Positions 8,758-18,495 of a stretch of DNA of 64,000 nucleotides are shown piece by piece; within the stretch, counting starts at the first letter, position 1, and each line of letters opens with the position of its first letter. The notes below the pieces were generated by a model. The model searched no databases and was not told the origin of the DNA. It saw only the letters and a program-made list of their open reading frames with translations. A program made the translations under genes and the position numbers. Origin of the DNA: a candidate division WWE3 bacterium (lineage in GTDB: Bacteria; Patescibacteriota; 4484-211; GCA-002791395). The stretch is taken from NCBI GenBank assembly GCA_013335095.1, contig JAAXWF010000003.1:5960-69959 (forward strand). The letters run 5' to 3'.

Positions 8758-10225
8758 ATTTTTGGGCGATTTGATCTGAAACAATCTCTGAAGAAATCAG
8801 TGTAATCGGTACCCCTATCCCAGGATGAGTGTATTGACCGGTATAAAATAGATTTCCAACCTTATGACTTTGATGATGTGGACGAAAAACTGCCGTCTGA
8901 AACATCGTATGGCTGATTCCCAGTGCAGTACCTTTAAATGCGTTGTAATAGCTTATATAGTCGTTATGAGCAAACGATTGTTCTACTACAATGGCATCTC
9001 TAATGGTTGTTTGGAGTTTTTGCTCTAGATGGTCCAATATTTGTTTACGAAATGATTGACGGATCTCTGGTGTATCGGTAAGTCCCGATGCTACAGGAAC
9101 TAAGATAAATACGTTTTCACCATCTGCAGGGGCTACTGACGGATCGGTTTTAGATGGAACCGATACGTAGTATGAAGGCGAGGTAGGCCAGCTCGGATTT
9201 TCAAAGATTGCGTCAAAGTGTTTAATCCAATCCCGATCTATAAAAATATTATGATGTTCAAGACCAGGTATCTTTTTGTTTAGGCCCAAATAGAGTATGA
9301 ATGCTGATGGTGCCACCGTCCTTTTTTGCCAGTATGATTCGGGGTATGTCTGGTATTCTGGTGGAAGAAGTTTCGTTTCGGCATGATGATAATCTGCGTT
9401 CATCACGATAATATCTCCGTGGTACTCATTATTTTTCGTTTTCACACCCACAGCATTTTTATCTTTAATTATTATTGATGTTACTGGTTCATTGAGGATA
9501 AATTTTGTTCCGAATGATTCAGCTAAATTTTGGATACCTTTTACAACCGCCCCATAACCACCCATGGGATAATATACTCCTTGAGTAAAATCTACATGTG
9601 AAATTAATGAATACAAAGCAGGAGTGTTCTTTGGTGCTCCGCCAAGAAAGACAATACTATATTGCAATAGTTGTCGTAGTTTCTCATTTTCAATAAATCG
9701 TTTTGTGAATCGATCCAAATTTTCAAATAACCGTAGTTTTGTACCTTCAAGTATGAGGCGCTTGTCAAAAAGATCACTAAGGTAACGATAGTCTCGGTAC
9801 AAAAAAGTATTAAGGGCAACATTATATTTATACTCAGCATCGGCTAGATATTTTTTTAATTTAATATCGCCGTCTTTCTCATATTTTTTAAATATTTCCA
9901 AGTTTTTTCCGATATCCGGACTTACATCGATACTATCGTCATCACCAAAAAATGCCCGATATGATGGATCTAGTTTTACGAGCTTGTAGAAGTCGGTGGG
10001 CTTTTTATTAAAACGCGAGAAAAAATGTTCAAAGACTTCAGGCATAAGATACCAAGATGGTCCCATATCAAATGAGTAACCATCTATTTTAAGGATACCT
10101 GCCCTACCTCCAACCTGGTCGTTTTTTTCGATAACAGTGACGTCAAAGCCGTCTCGACTGAGCGACGCAGCTGCTGATAATCCACCGAATCCTGCACCGA
10201 CGATAATTACTTTTTTCTGTTTCAT
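8750..10225 (-). CDS. crtI: Phytoene desaturase
   Basis: IVGAGFGGL FAD motif, FDMGPSWYLMP, YPMGGY, GQYTHPGIGVP. Confidence 0.93.
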   Translation of the reverse strand: MKQKKVIIVGAGFGGLSAAASLSRDGFDVTVIEKNDQVGGRAGILKIDGYSFDMGPSWYLMPEVFEHFFSRFNKKPTDFYKLVKLDPSYRAFFGDDDSIDVSPDIGKNLEIFKKYEKDGDIKLKKYLADAEYKYNVALNTFLYRDYRYLSDLFDKRLILEGTKLRLFENLDRFTKRFIENEKLRQLLQYSIVFLGGAPKNTPALYSLISHVDFTQGVYYPMGGYGAVVKGIQNLAESFGTKFILNEPVTSIIIKDKNAVGVKTKNNEYHGDIIVMNADYHHAETKLLPPEYQTYPESYWQKRTVAPSAFILYLGLNKKIPGLEHHNIFIDRDWIKHFDAIFENPSWPTSPSYYVSVPSKTDPSVAPADGENVFILVPVASGLTDTPEIRQSFRKQILDHLEQKLQTTIRDAIVVEQSFAHNDYISYYNAFKGTALGISHTMFQTAVFRPHHQSHKVGNLFYTGQYTHPGIGVPITLISSEIVSDQIAQKYD

Positions 10226-10240
10226 GTGTGACGTTCCTAC

Positions 10241-10984
10241 ATGATATTATATGTGTGCGTGACTAGAAAGCCTATTTTAAAGAAAAGCTTGAATCATATA
10301 ACGCCCTCTCGCATCGCGTTAAATAGAAAGATAATCCTCTTTGGAAAAATTATAAAACGATTTATATGGCCTTCCTTCAATGAATTGCAGGTTTATGTTG
10401 TTTTTTGCATGTGCTTTTTTAACGTAGTAGCTCATTGGGATTTTTGGTGGTCGTTTTATTGGTATTCAGATATCCAGTTACTCATAGGTGGACCGATACT
10501 CTTGGGCATATTTTCTTGGTATCTATTTAAAAATATAATTTCTCAGGAAAAAACACCGCCCAACGAAAGGAAATGGCTGATTTCGTTTTTCTATATCGCC
10601 ATGGCGGTTATTTCTGTTGATAGCTTGTCGTCATACGATTTCGTATCTACCCGAATTATGTTGATCGATTACATAAACTTTTGGTTAATTTATCTATCAA
10701 TCGGATCTTCGGTAATTAGACTAATACTTACGATTAGTTTATTTGATAAACAATATATTGAGGCCCTTTATGACCGAATGAACGATACTCAATTTTCTCC
10801 AATGTACTTCATTTTTGCGACATCGCTGTGCGGGTTTATCTATTTATTACTGGCTAATCATTATAATCAGTCAACTATTATTGTCTTGGGCTATTATTAC
10901 GTGAGCCAGATATTAAGCGTTGGGCATACGATACAAACAAAGTGGTTGGTTCAGAATAAACAAGAAACTTCGGTATTAAAATAG
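10241..10984 (+). CDS. Hypothetical polytopic membrane protein; start uncertain
   Basis: 247-codon ORF with about 6 hydrophobic segments that fills the gap between crtI and the tRNA; no recognisable motif. Confidence 0.6.
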   Translation: MILYVCVTRKPILKKSLNHITPSRIALNRKIILFGKIIKRFIWPSFNELQVYVVFCMCFFNVVAHWDFWWSFYWYSDIQLLIGGPILLGIFSWYLFKNIISQEKTPPNERKWLISFFYIAMAVISVDSLSSYDFVSTRIMLIDYINFWLIYLSIGSSVIRLILTISLFDKQYIEALYDRMNDTQFSPMYFIFATSLCGFIYLLLANHYNQSTIIVLGYYYVSQILSVGHTIQTKWLVQNKQETSVLK

Positions 10985-11114
10985 TTGTACGATTCTCGTA
11001 TGTTATTTTCCGCTTAGCGTTGCATAAAATTATTTAACCCTCGTTTAACAATAATTCGTTGGACCAAGAATCAATATGTTTAGAGAAATTGCACTAAATA
11101 AGTAGTAAAAATAA

Positions 11115-11205
11115 TGGCGGAGGAGATGGGATTCGAACCCATGGGCGGTTTTTAGACCGCCACGGTTTAGCAAACCGCTGCCTTGGACCACTCGGCCACT
11201 CCTCC
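11115..11205 (-). tRNA. tRNA-Ser(GCT)
   Basis: GGAGGAG/CTCCTCC acceptor stem + GCCA; anticodon arm GCGGT-TTGCTAA-ACCGT; long variable arm; GGTTCGAATCC. Confidence 0.96.
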
Positions 11206-11300
11206 CTGCATTCATATTTTAGCATACCCTATGAATGATTCTATTTATGTATTTATTGCACATATCTATATAACCTGGTAAACTTTGGAATTTGTGTACC

Positions 11301-12020
11301 ATGAAGCCCAGACTAATCGTATTTTCATTATCAAGCTTGGCTGAAAAGCAAGTCAATCCGTATATCTCGGTATCAGCATCCCTTGGCTGTGCATCTGAGT
11401 TCGCATACCTCTTTTCTGATTATCAGAAGGGGAATATATCGTATGGGGATCTATTAAATCGTGAATCGAACTTGTTATATTACAAATATCACGAACAGTT
11501 TGGGCATTATCCTCAAAAAGGAGATCTGGAAATGTTTCTGCCTGAAGTTACTCTAAGCTCGCAATGGCAAACTGCACTCTCTAATATTAACTTACCACAC
11601 ATTACCTTTGCAGTGATTAGTTCGGGGATTTACAAATCCATCCATCTTGATTCATTTGATGGTCTTATTCATCCGTTCAATCGATTTTTGTATAGCGAAG
11701 ACGGCGAGTTCGCCAAAATCGTTGCGACTGTGTCTGGTGATAAGATTGAGGCATTCAATCGAATTGTCGAGAAAACTCATAACCAGATTATTGATACTCT
11801 TTTGGTGGTAAATGACAACAACGATTCTGCTCTCTGTCGCTACGTGCTTGAACTAGGGGGATCAGTGTGCTTTATTGCCCACAAAAATCAAGCCATTGAC
11901 GTTCCCCGGTACGAAAAAATGCACTGGATTGATACTCTTGATAGTTTTGTTGATTTTGTTAAGTCTTCAGAACCTGTTCCGTATCGACGTGTTCCTCGGT
12001 ATCAATTACTTGCTGCCTAA
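11301..12020 (+). CDS. HAD-fold (phosphoserine phosphatase-like) protein lacking the catalytic Asp motif
   Basis: RLIVFSLSSL in place of hhhDxDGT; AVISSG (motif II); VVNDNNDSAL (motif IV-like). Promoter TTGCAC-17-TAAACT upstream. Confidence 0.55.
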   Translation: MKPRLIVFSLSSLAEKQVNPYISVSASLGCASEFAYLFSDYQKGNISYGDLLNRESNLLYYKYHEQFGHYPQKGDLEMFLPEVTLSSQWQTALSNINLPHITFAVISSGIYKSIHLDSFDGLIHPFNRFLYSEDGEFAKIVATVSGDKIEAFNRIVEKTHNQIIDTLLVVNDNNDSALCRYVLELGGSVCFIAHKNQAIDVPRYEKMHWIDTLDSFVDFVKSSEPVPYRRVPRYQLLAA

Positions 12021-12076
12021 AGGCAGCGTACATGTTATTTATTGAACATTAAATAGATCGTTGATATAGTTTATCT

Positions 12077-12538
12077 ATGCTAATCTCTGAGATCTACCAT
12101 CCCTATCCGAAAACCATGAGTGGCGATGCCCATATTAGTGACGCTATTGCCGAGCTTATGAAGGATGAAGTAAATGCATTAGTGATACTAAATGACAATG
12201 GTAAGGTCATTGGTGTTTTGTCACTGCAAGATATTGCTGCTGCTACCGTACCTCGACAATTTAGGGAGAATATTCGCATGGCTGCTGCTATGTACAAACC
12301 GGGTTTCTTTACTGAGATGTGCAATCAGCTGAAAGATGTCAAAATCTCTAAGGTAATGCGGCATGAATATATTTCGGTTGGATTTAACGATAATATTATG
12401 GCTGTGACGGCCGATTTTCTAAAGAATGATCTGTATATTGTTCCGGTTATTGAAAATGGAAAACTTATGGGTGTAATTACTCGAACTGAAATTAAGAAGG
12501 CGTTATACGATTCAATGATGAACGGTGATAACGCGTAG
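12077..12538 (+). CDS. CBS-domain pair protein
   Basis: ALVILNDNGKVIGVLSLQDI and VPVIENGKLMGVITRTEI. Confidence 0.9.
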   Translation: MLISEIYHPYPKTMSGDAHISDAIAELMKDEVNALVILNDNGKVIGVLSLQDIAAATVPRQFRENIRMAAAMYKPGFFTEMCNQLKDVKISKVMRHEYISVGFNDNIMAVTADFLKNDLYIVPVIENGKLMGVITRTEIKKALYDSMMNGDNA

Positions 12539-12556
12539 AACTTAAGTCGTACAAAT

Positions 12557-13900
12557 ATGATGCTGCCCGAATTTATATTGAACTTGTCGATACCATCAGT
12601 AATAGCTATTTGTGTACTGCTTGTTGTCTATTTTTTTCTGATTACTGAAAAGCTACCAAAAGCATTGGTCGCTGTTCTTGGGGGGATCGCCCTGATAGTG
12701 ATGCAAGTATTTAGTTCCGAAGAAGCATCATCTCAAGAAAATGCATTTCATTTTATTAGTCATAACCTTGATATTTTAGGCTTTGTGATTGGAATGATGA
12801 TTTTAGTCGGTATTGTACGGGAATCGGGTGTGTTTGAAGCAGCAGCTATATGGCTGGTGAAAACAGTTAAAGGTAAGCCCAGAGCTTTATTAATTGCTTT
12901 AGGTTATTTGACCTTAGGTATGACAGCACTCTTTTCGAACATACCAACCATTTTGATTCTGGCACCGGTTGTACTCGTACTCATCAGACAATTGAAACTT
13001 CCAGCTCTGCCATACTTATTTATGATCGTTACTATGGCAAACATCGGGGGAGCTATGACCCCGATCTCAGATCCAACGACGTATTACCAGGCAAAAACAG
13101 TTGGTCTCTCATTTACTGAAGTCGTTACCAACTCTGGACTTATCGTTATGGTACTAAGTGTTGTAAGCACCTTATACATCTTGTTTATCTTCCGTAACGA
13201 ATTTAAGCCGGCAGATAATGCGGAAACTGATATTGCACAATTTAACCCGCTAAAAGCACTGCAAAATCGTTATGTGCTTAAAGTAGGTATCCCTATCGCC
13301 ATTAGCACAATTATTTTGATGGTTCTTAAGGAGAATATCGCCAAGTTTACAGGTGTAATGCTTGATAACGCAACTCTTACGATGGGTGCATCATTTTTGT
13401 GTATTTTACTTTTCCATAAAGAACCTCATAAAGTATTTCGTAACTTAATCGACTGGGAAATAATATTCTTTTTCATTGGACTTTTTGTGGTGGTTGGGGC
13501 ACTTGAGTTTACTCATGTGATTACGCTTTTAGCTAACGGATTAGTTACCTTAACACAAGGAAGCATGACCTATTTGCTTTTGCTTATTTCGATGGGGTCG
13601 GGGATTTTATCTACATTCATTGATAATGTTCCGTATAACATAACCATGGTAAGCGCTATTCAGGAAATGGAGAGGACTGGAATTGCTGTTTATCCGTTGT
13701 GGTGGGCGCTTAACCTAGGCACTTCGATTGGTGGTGCTGGTTCTCCAATCGCAGCTGCATGTAACGTAATTGTTTTCGGCCAAGCTGAGAAGGAAAAGAT
13801 CCACATCAACTTTATGAAATATTTGTTGTTAGCAGCTCCGTTAACGATCATAAACTCTTTAATTACGTTTGGAATTCTGTGGTTGAGGTATCTACAATAA
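12557..13900 (+). CDS. ArsB/NhaD (CitMHS/SLC13-like) ion transporter
   Basis: MANIGGAMTPISDP, IDWEIIFFFIGLFVVVGALE, STFIDNVP, WWALNLG..IGG.GSPIAAACN; about 12 TMs. Confidence 0.88.
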   Translation: MMLPEFILNLSIPSVIAICVLLVVYFFLITEKLPKALVAVLGGIALIVMQVFSSEEASSQENAFHFISHNLDILGFVIGMMILVGIVRESGVFEAAAIWLVKTVKGKPRALLIALGYLTLGMTALFSNIPTILILAPVVLVLIRQLKLPALPYLFMIVTMANIGGAMTPISDPTTYYQAKTVGLSFTEVVTNSGLIVMVLSVVSTLYILFIFRNEFKPADNAETDIAQFNPLKALQNRYVLKVGIPIAISTIILMVLKENIAKFTGVMLDNATLTMGASFLCILLFHKEPHKVFRNLIDWEIIFFFIGLFVVVGALEFTHVITLLANGLVTLTQGSMTYLLLLISMGSGILSTFIDNVPYNITMVSAIQEMERTGIAVYPLWWALNLGTSIGGAGSPIAAACNVIVFGQAEKEKIHINFMKYLLLAAPLTIINSLITFGILWLRYLQ

Positions 13901-13974
13901 TTCTCTGTTGAAATTTCCATTTAAATGTATCGTGTTTTGGTGGTATATATATAAGAATTGAAATATTATTTATT

Positions 13975-13996
13975 TGGCGGAGGAGGTGGGATTCGA
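13975..13996 (-). repeat. 22-bp direct repeat of the tRNA-Ser(TGA) 3' end (att-like)
   Basis: tggcggaggaggtgggattcga is identical at 13975-13996 and 14087-14108. Confidence 0.85.
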
Positions 13997-14086
13997 GTTC
14001 CGGGGATGCCCTACTCGGCATCCCGTTCAAATCTAAACTAGATCCTTAAGACAATGAAACCAGGCCAATTGAGAATGTACATTTAA

Positions 14087-14176
14087 TGGCGGAGGAGGTG
14101 GGATTCGAACCCACGATGACGTTGCCGCCATAACGGTTTTCAAGACCGTCGCACTCGACCACTATGCGACTCCTCC
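14087..14176 (-). tRNA. tRNA-Ser(TGA)
   Basis: GGAGGAG acceptor; anticodon arm ACGGT-CTTGAAA-ACCGT; long variable arm; GGTTCGAATCC; CCA encoded. Confidence 0.96.
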
Positions 14177-14250
14177 GTAGATATATGAAGCAGATCTAAC
14201 TCAGAAACTATGTGTATTGTAGCATACAGTAGCCTTTAAAGAAGCCTTTT

Positions 14251-15603
14251 CTAAAGCTTTTTAATTGTTTCAATATAGGCATTTACGTCAAATTTACGTT
14301 TTGCGCCGTTATCGTTCATATATCGTATGTTGCCAAAAATCGGTCGTTTATTCCAGGGCCGGTCATGGACCCCACCCATGGACCATGCGATTCCGGCATA
14401 CCCGTTTGGATCTCGTCCATCGAGTTCGTATTTATCATTTAGATATATCGCATACTCCACGGCTTCCTGAGCATTTATCGTCCATTCAAGAATCTTTTTA
14501 CCCCAATACATTCTCATGTATCCATGCATCTTTCCGGTCATGGTCATTTCTTTTTGTGCCGCATTCCACAACTGGTCATGCGTGTTGGCAGACTCCAAGT
14601 CATCAATCGTATACAAATATGGACGTTTATCGGACTCATGCTCTTGCAGCGTTTGTTTTGCCCAATCCGGAAAACCATCGGTAGAATCGTAGTTTGAATT
14701 ATAAAAACAAAAGTTATCACTCAATTCTTTTCGAACGATCAGCTCTTCTAAATACCCTTCTTGAAGGGAGGGCTCTACATTTGACCGTTTTACTTCATTG
14801 GCTATCTCTTGGCTTGAGATATGTCCAAAATGTAGGTACGGAGCAATATTCGACTGACCTTTTCGTGACGGATCATTTCTATCTGCGTCATAATTGGCTA
14901 ATTTCTGTTTAATAAACTCACGAAGTGCATTTCGAGCTGCTTTTTCACCGGGATCAACTCCCTTTACAGTTGTAACCGACCGGTCTATTGTATGCCGTGT
15001 GAGGATATCCTCATACTCAAATGTGTTAGTTGTTGGGGCAATGTTAAAGGGGTGTCGTATAACATCGGGATATTGCGTTAAGAACTCGGGGAGAAGCTTT
15101 TTTATCTTCGGACGAATTGTATAGGCGCCATATTCTTGTTTTGAAGATGTTACCCAAACAGGAACGATATTATGTGCATCAACCTCGACCATGGGGATAT
15201 TTATACTTTGCGCAATATCATTACGCCAACCTCTACCTATTTTCAGCGGCGAAAAGTCGGTAACTAATACACCAGCCGTATTTTTTGTTACATAATGCGT
15301 GACCGTATCGATCGGATTACCGAATAGTAATGTCGCAGAGATGTTTAGTTTTTGGAGTTCGTTAAACGTTTCTTGAATACCATGAAGCATAAAGTCAATA
15401 TTTCGTAAATTTGCATACTGAAATTTAGTATCAAAACTAAAAATTACTGAAAGTGAAGATTTACGGGCAAGGGCCAATTCTTGGGCATATATGAGCGCCC
15501 AATTGTTATGAACGCGTTGATCGCGACTCATCCAATAAATAATAGAACCTTGTTGGTGAATTTGATTTTTATTTAATTGATGGACTCGACGCAGATCAAC
15601 CAT
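14251..15603 (-). CDS. phr: Class II CPD DNA photolyase
   Basis: YWMSRDQRVHNNWAL, VDAHNIVP, EELIVRKELSDNFC, GKMHGYMRMYWGKKILEW, ELDGRDPNGY, HDRPW. Confidence 0.95.
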   Translation of the reverse strand: MVDLRRVHQLNKNQIHQQGSIIYWMSRDQRVHNNWALIYAQELALARKSSLSVIFSFDTKFQYANLRNIDFMLHGIQETFNELQKLNISATLLFGNPIDTVTHYVTKNTAGVLVTDFSPLKIGRGWRNDIAQSINIPMVEVDAHNIVPVWVTSSKQEYGAYTIRPKIKKLLPEFLTQYPDVIRHPFNIAPTTNTFEYEDILTRHTIDRSVTTVKGVDPGEKAARNALREFIKQKLANYDADRNDPSRKGQSNIAPYLHFGHISSQEIANEVKRSNVEPSLQEGYLEELIVRKELSDNFCFYNSNYDSTDGFPDWAKQTLQEHESDKRPYLYTIDDLESANTHDQLWNAAQKEMTMTGKMHGYMRMYWGKKILEWTINAQEAVEYAIYLNDKYELDGRDPNGYAGIAWSMGGVHDRPWNKRPIFGNIRYMNDNGAKRKFDVNAYIETIKKL

Positions 15604-15615
15604 GTTGTCTGTATT

Positions 15616-16854
15616 TTATACCGGCAGCTCATCCATTTTGGTTGAATCTTTTTGCAGGAACTTGAATCCATTTACCCAGAAGTACTCTAAACTGTACTTA
15701 AAGTTATATCTTTTCCAAATTGTTAGGATCATTGACCAGACGACTATATTAATAAACCCAAACAATAAACAACCATTAATTGTTTGGGTCCAGTCGGGAT
15801 TTAGTTGTAGTAATGGGATTCGGATCAGTTCTGATACGGTTGTTTCAAGCATATAAATAGTTAAGCTTATCCGGCTAAATTGGGTTAGTAATGATAGTCT
15901 ATTCGTGAGCCATTCCATTGGTTCAAGCACCAAATACGTGACCGATACGAGTATTAGGAATATACCCAGTTCACCGTTCGTTTTGAAATACCAAAAATAA
16001 TCAGGGGTTGATATCGTTTTTTCAAAGTTCATCATCCCTGCTACTCCGTATATAAGAAAAATAACTCCCAAGGGAATGATTACTTTTTTAAGCAATCCTT
16101 TATGTCCGTTATAGATCATTAATCCTATTAGCGCACCAAAGAATCCATACGATACATAGGGGAGGAGTGGGTAGGGATTTGCGAGTGTGAATCCTAGGAT
16201 TGTTGCCGTTATAAAATTGTGGTGTTCTATTGTTGTGGGTAATAAGTGGTACAAGGGTACCCGAACGAACGACAGTACCATAATAACGATGCCGGCTACT
16301 GCGAAGACCATGTATTGTTGGGCCGATGATAGAGCCTTCTTATTTTTGTTCATGAAATATAGGATGAGCGAAACGATAAATAAGTTGAGAGCGATAGTCG
16401 AAATTGAAGATCCATCAAAATATTTAGAAATCTCTGGAGTCGAGAAATGCAACGTTCGTAATACTCGGGCGATGATTGTTAAGTCGGGTTGGTTGTTAAC
16501 AAAATCATTGTTCCATCGACCCAAGACGATATTTAGAATGTAATGGAGGATTAAATAAACCCCTAAAGTAATCGATGCTGTTTTAATACTGAATGATGGG
16601 GATTTATCCTGAATTCGGTTCACCGTTAAGAGTGAGTTAATAACCGCTGAGTAAACAATGAATATGCCTCCCCATAGAGCCATAAAGCTCATAATTACGA
16701 CAATGATGGGCGGGTTACTAAAATCAATTTTATGTATGTTCGCAAAGTTATAAATCGATGAGTGAAAAAGGATGATCAATATGAGGGCAAATCCCCTTAA
16801 TACATCTAGTGATTTGATACGGTGTTGTGTGTGAATATTAGTTTCCTGCATCAA
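15616..16854 (-). CDS. Membrane acyltransferase-like protein (HGSNAT/DUF418-type N-terminus)
   Basis: RIKSLDVLRGFALILIILFH, YPLLPY, SLTIYMLE, YSLEYF; about 10 TMs. Confidence 0.7.
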   Translation of the reverse strand: MMQETNIHTQHRIKSLDVLRGFALILIILFHSSIYNFANIHKIDFSNPPIIVVIMSFMALWGGIFIVYSAVINSLLTVNRIQDKSPSFSIKTASITLGVYLILHYILNIVLGRWNNDFVNNQPDLTIIARVLRTLHFSTPEISKYFDGSSISTIALNLFIVSLILYFMNKNKKALSSAQQYMVFAVAGIVIMVLSFVRVPLYHLLPTTIEHHNFITATILGFTLANPYPLLPYVSYGFFGALIGLMIYNGHKGLLKKVIIPLGVIFLIYGVAGMMNFEKTISTPDYFWYFKTNGELGIFLILVSVTYLVLEPMEWLTNRLSLLTQFSRISLTIYMLETTVSELIRIPLLQLNPDWTQTINGCLLFGFINIVVWSMILTIWKRYNFKYSLEYFWVNGFKFLQKDSTKMDELPV

Positions 16855-18208
16855 ATTCTCTTTTTATACGTATCAATTTCTGTGAGCGTGTATTTACTTC
16901 TGGCTTTTCAAATGCGATATCAACGTGGGGTTGCTGGCATTTATACTCAGTAAATACATTCATTATCGCATTTTTTAACTTCTGTTGGTCAAATGAAGTC
17001 GGCGCGATTCTCGATCGTAATTGAATTCTAACATAAATTTCGGTAGGACTCTTTTGAATCGCCTGGTATTCTTCGATGTCCTCAGAAGAAGATATTATCG
17101 CTCGACTAATATAATCGGGAAAAATAAACTGCCAAGATTCTGATCCAATCGTATGACCCCAAAACATGTCATCTGATCTTCCTTGAATGCGCTCAATAAC
17201 TCGAAATGATGATCCGCAGGTGCAAGGTGTCTTGCAAATGGTAATAATGTCATTTAATTCATATCTGATGATCGGCTGGGATCGTTTGTGTAGATCTGTT
17301 ACGAGCAATTTGTGACAAGGTTGTCCGAGTGGTGTCGGTGACCCATCTTGATTGAGTGTTTCGACAAGAACTAAATCTTCATTAATGTGTAAGTTGTCAT
17401 GTTTACATGAAATCGCAATAGCTCCTTCGGTGCATTTATAGATTTCATTAACTGAACAATTAAATATCTTAGTAAGGTACTCACGTACATCTTGATACAA
17501 CACTTCAGCATATGAGACGAGTTTAAGTGGCTTGATCTTAAGTCTATTTTGCTCCTGCTCCTGCGCTAGAAGTTTGAGCATCGACGGTGGGGCAGAGACC
17601 AGGTTGGGTTTAAGATCGTTTAATTGACGAACAATATCCTGCATTGGTTGAAGCTGAGTAATATAGGTAAGTTTGTGACCAAACATATTTAAGTTGAATG
17701 CAGGTGTGCTTACTCTAAGGATAAATGCTAAATTGATCTTCTGGTTTTTAGGAAAATTGAATCGGGCGAAAAACGCTGCTTTTAAGTAGGATTCTTCGCT
17801 ATGTGTTAATATTTCTACTCCTTTATTTCCACTTGTACCTGATGACATCCCAATATTTATATTGTTCAACCGTCGTGAATAGTCCCGTGTTTTTTCAATA
17901 TCAAGACAAAAGTTGATTATTTCATCTTTTGTTAATCCAAGAGTATTGTACTCAGTTAAGTTGTCCATCATGATTTTTTTATTCACTGTGGGAAGATGCG
18001 CGAAGTCGTTTTTATTATAGTTTGCGTAATGCTTTTTAAAAAATGATGAGTGTGCCGAAGCGTATTCAACTATCTTCTGGGTTTTTCTCTTCTGGTAAAA
18101 TTGTATATCTTTGGTTTTCCAACTATAGAAACGATATCGGCATAATAAATAAAAGAGTCCAAAATATTTCGTTTCAAAATCATCAAATACCCGCTCAATA
18201 AGTGCCAT
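16838..18208 (-). CDS. Adenylate-forming enzyme (PaaK/F390 synthetase-like)
   Basis: GMSSGTSGNKG P-loop, EIYKCTEG, LHINED, QPIIRYELND, C.CGS, IQGRSDD. Confidence 0.85.
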   Translation of the reverse strand: MALIERVFDDFETKYFGLFYLLCRYRFYSWKTKDIQFYQKRKTQKIVEYASAHSSFFKKHYANYNKNDFAHLPTVNKKIMMDNLTEYNTLGLTKDEIINFCLDIEKTRDYSRRLNNINIGMSSGTSGNKGVEILTHSEESYLKAAFFARFNFPKNQKINLAFILRVSTPAFNLNMFGHKLTYITQLQPMQDIVRQLNDLKPNLVSAPPSMLKLLAQEQEQNRLKIKPLKLVSYAEVLYQDVREYLTKIFNCSVNEIYKCTEGAIAISCKHDNLHINEDLVLVETLNQDGSPTPLGQPCHKLLVTDLHKRSQPIIRYELNDIITICKTPCTCGSSFRVIERIQGRSDDMFWGHTIGSESWQFIFPDYISRAIISSSEDIEEYQAIQKSPTEIYVRIQLRSRIAPTSFDQQKLKNAIMNVFTEYKCQQPHVDIAFEKPEVNTRSQKLIRIKREFDAGN

Positions 18209-18298
18209 TATTTACATTGTACTATTTCTTGCGTTTTAAGTTGTGATGCAAATAGGCTTGATGATTTTGGGGACGGCTTTTTCAGTTTTTTGAGTAAC

Positions 18299-18385
18299 TG
18301 GCGGAGGGAGGGGGATTCGAACCCCCGCAGACTTACGCCTACACGCTTTCCAAGCGTGCTCCATAAACCACTCGGACATCCCTCC
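18299..18385 (-). tRNA. tRNA-Ser(GGA)
   Basis: GGAGGGA/TCCCTCC acceptor + GCCA; anticodon arm CACGC-TTGGAAA-GCGTG; long variable arm. Confidence 0.96.
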
Positions 18386-18457
18386 ATAATTAAGAATTCA
18401 ACCAGAGATTATTATACCTAATTTCCGCCATAGCTAAAGGGTATCTGTGTTTATTAC

Positions 18458-18486
18458 TTGACACTTACAATTGATCACACTACACT
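18458..18486 (+). promoter_or_regulatory. Near-consensus sigma70 promoter of gap
   Basis: TTGACA-17 bp-TACACT, a few nt before the start codon. Confidence 0.75.
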
Positions 18487-18495
18487 AATATGGAA

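Noticed and set aside
10241-10984. Rhodopsin, Blh or CruF next to the crt genes
   Set aside because: No helix-G DxxxK retinal motif, no His pattern of Blh and no CruF motifs recognisable.
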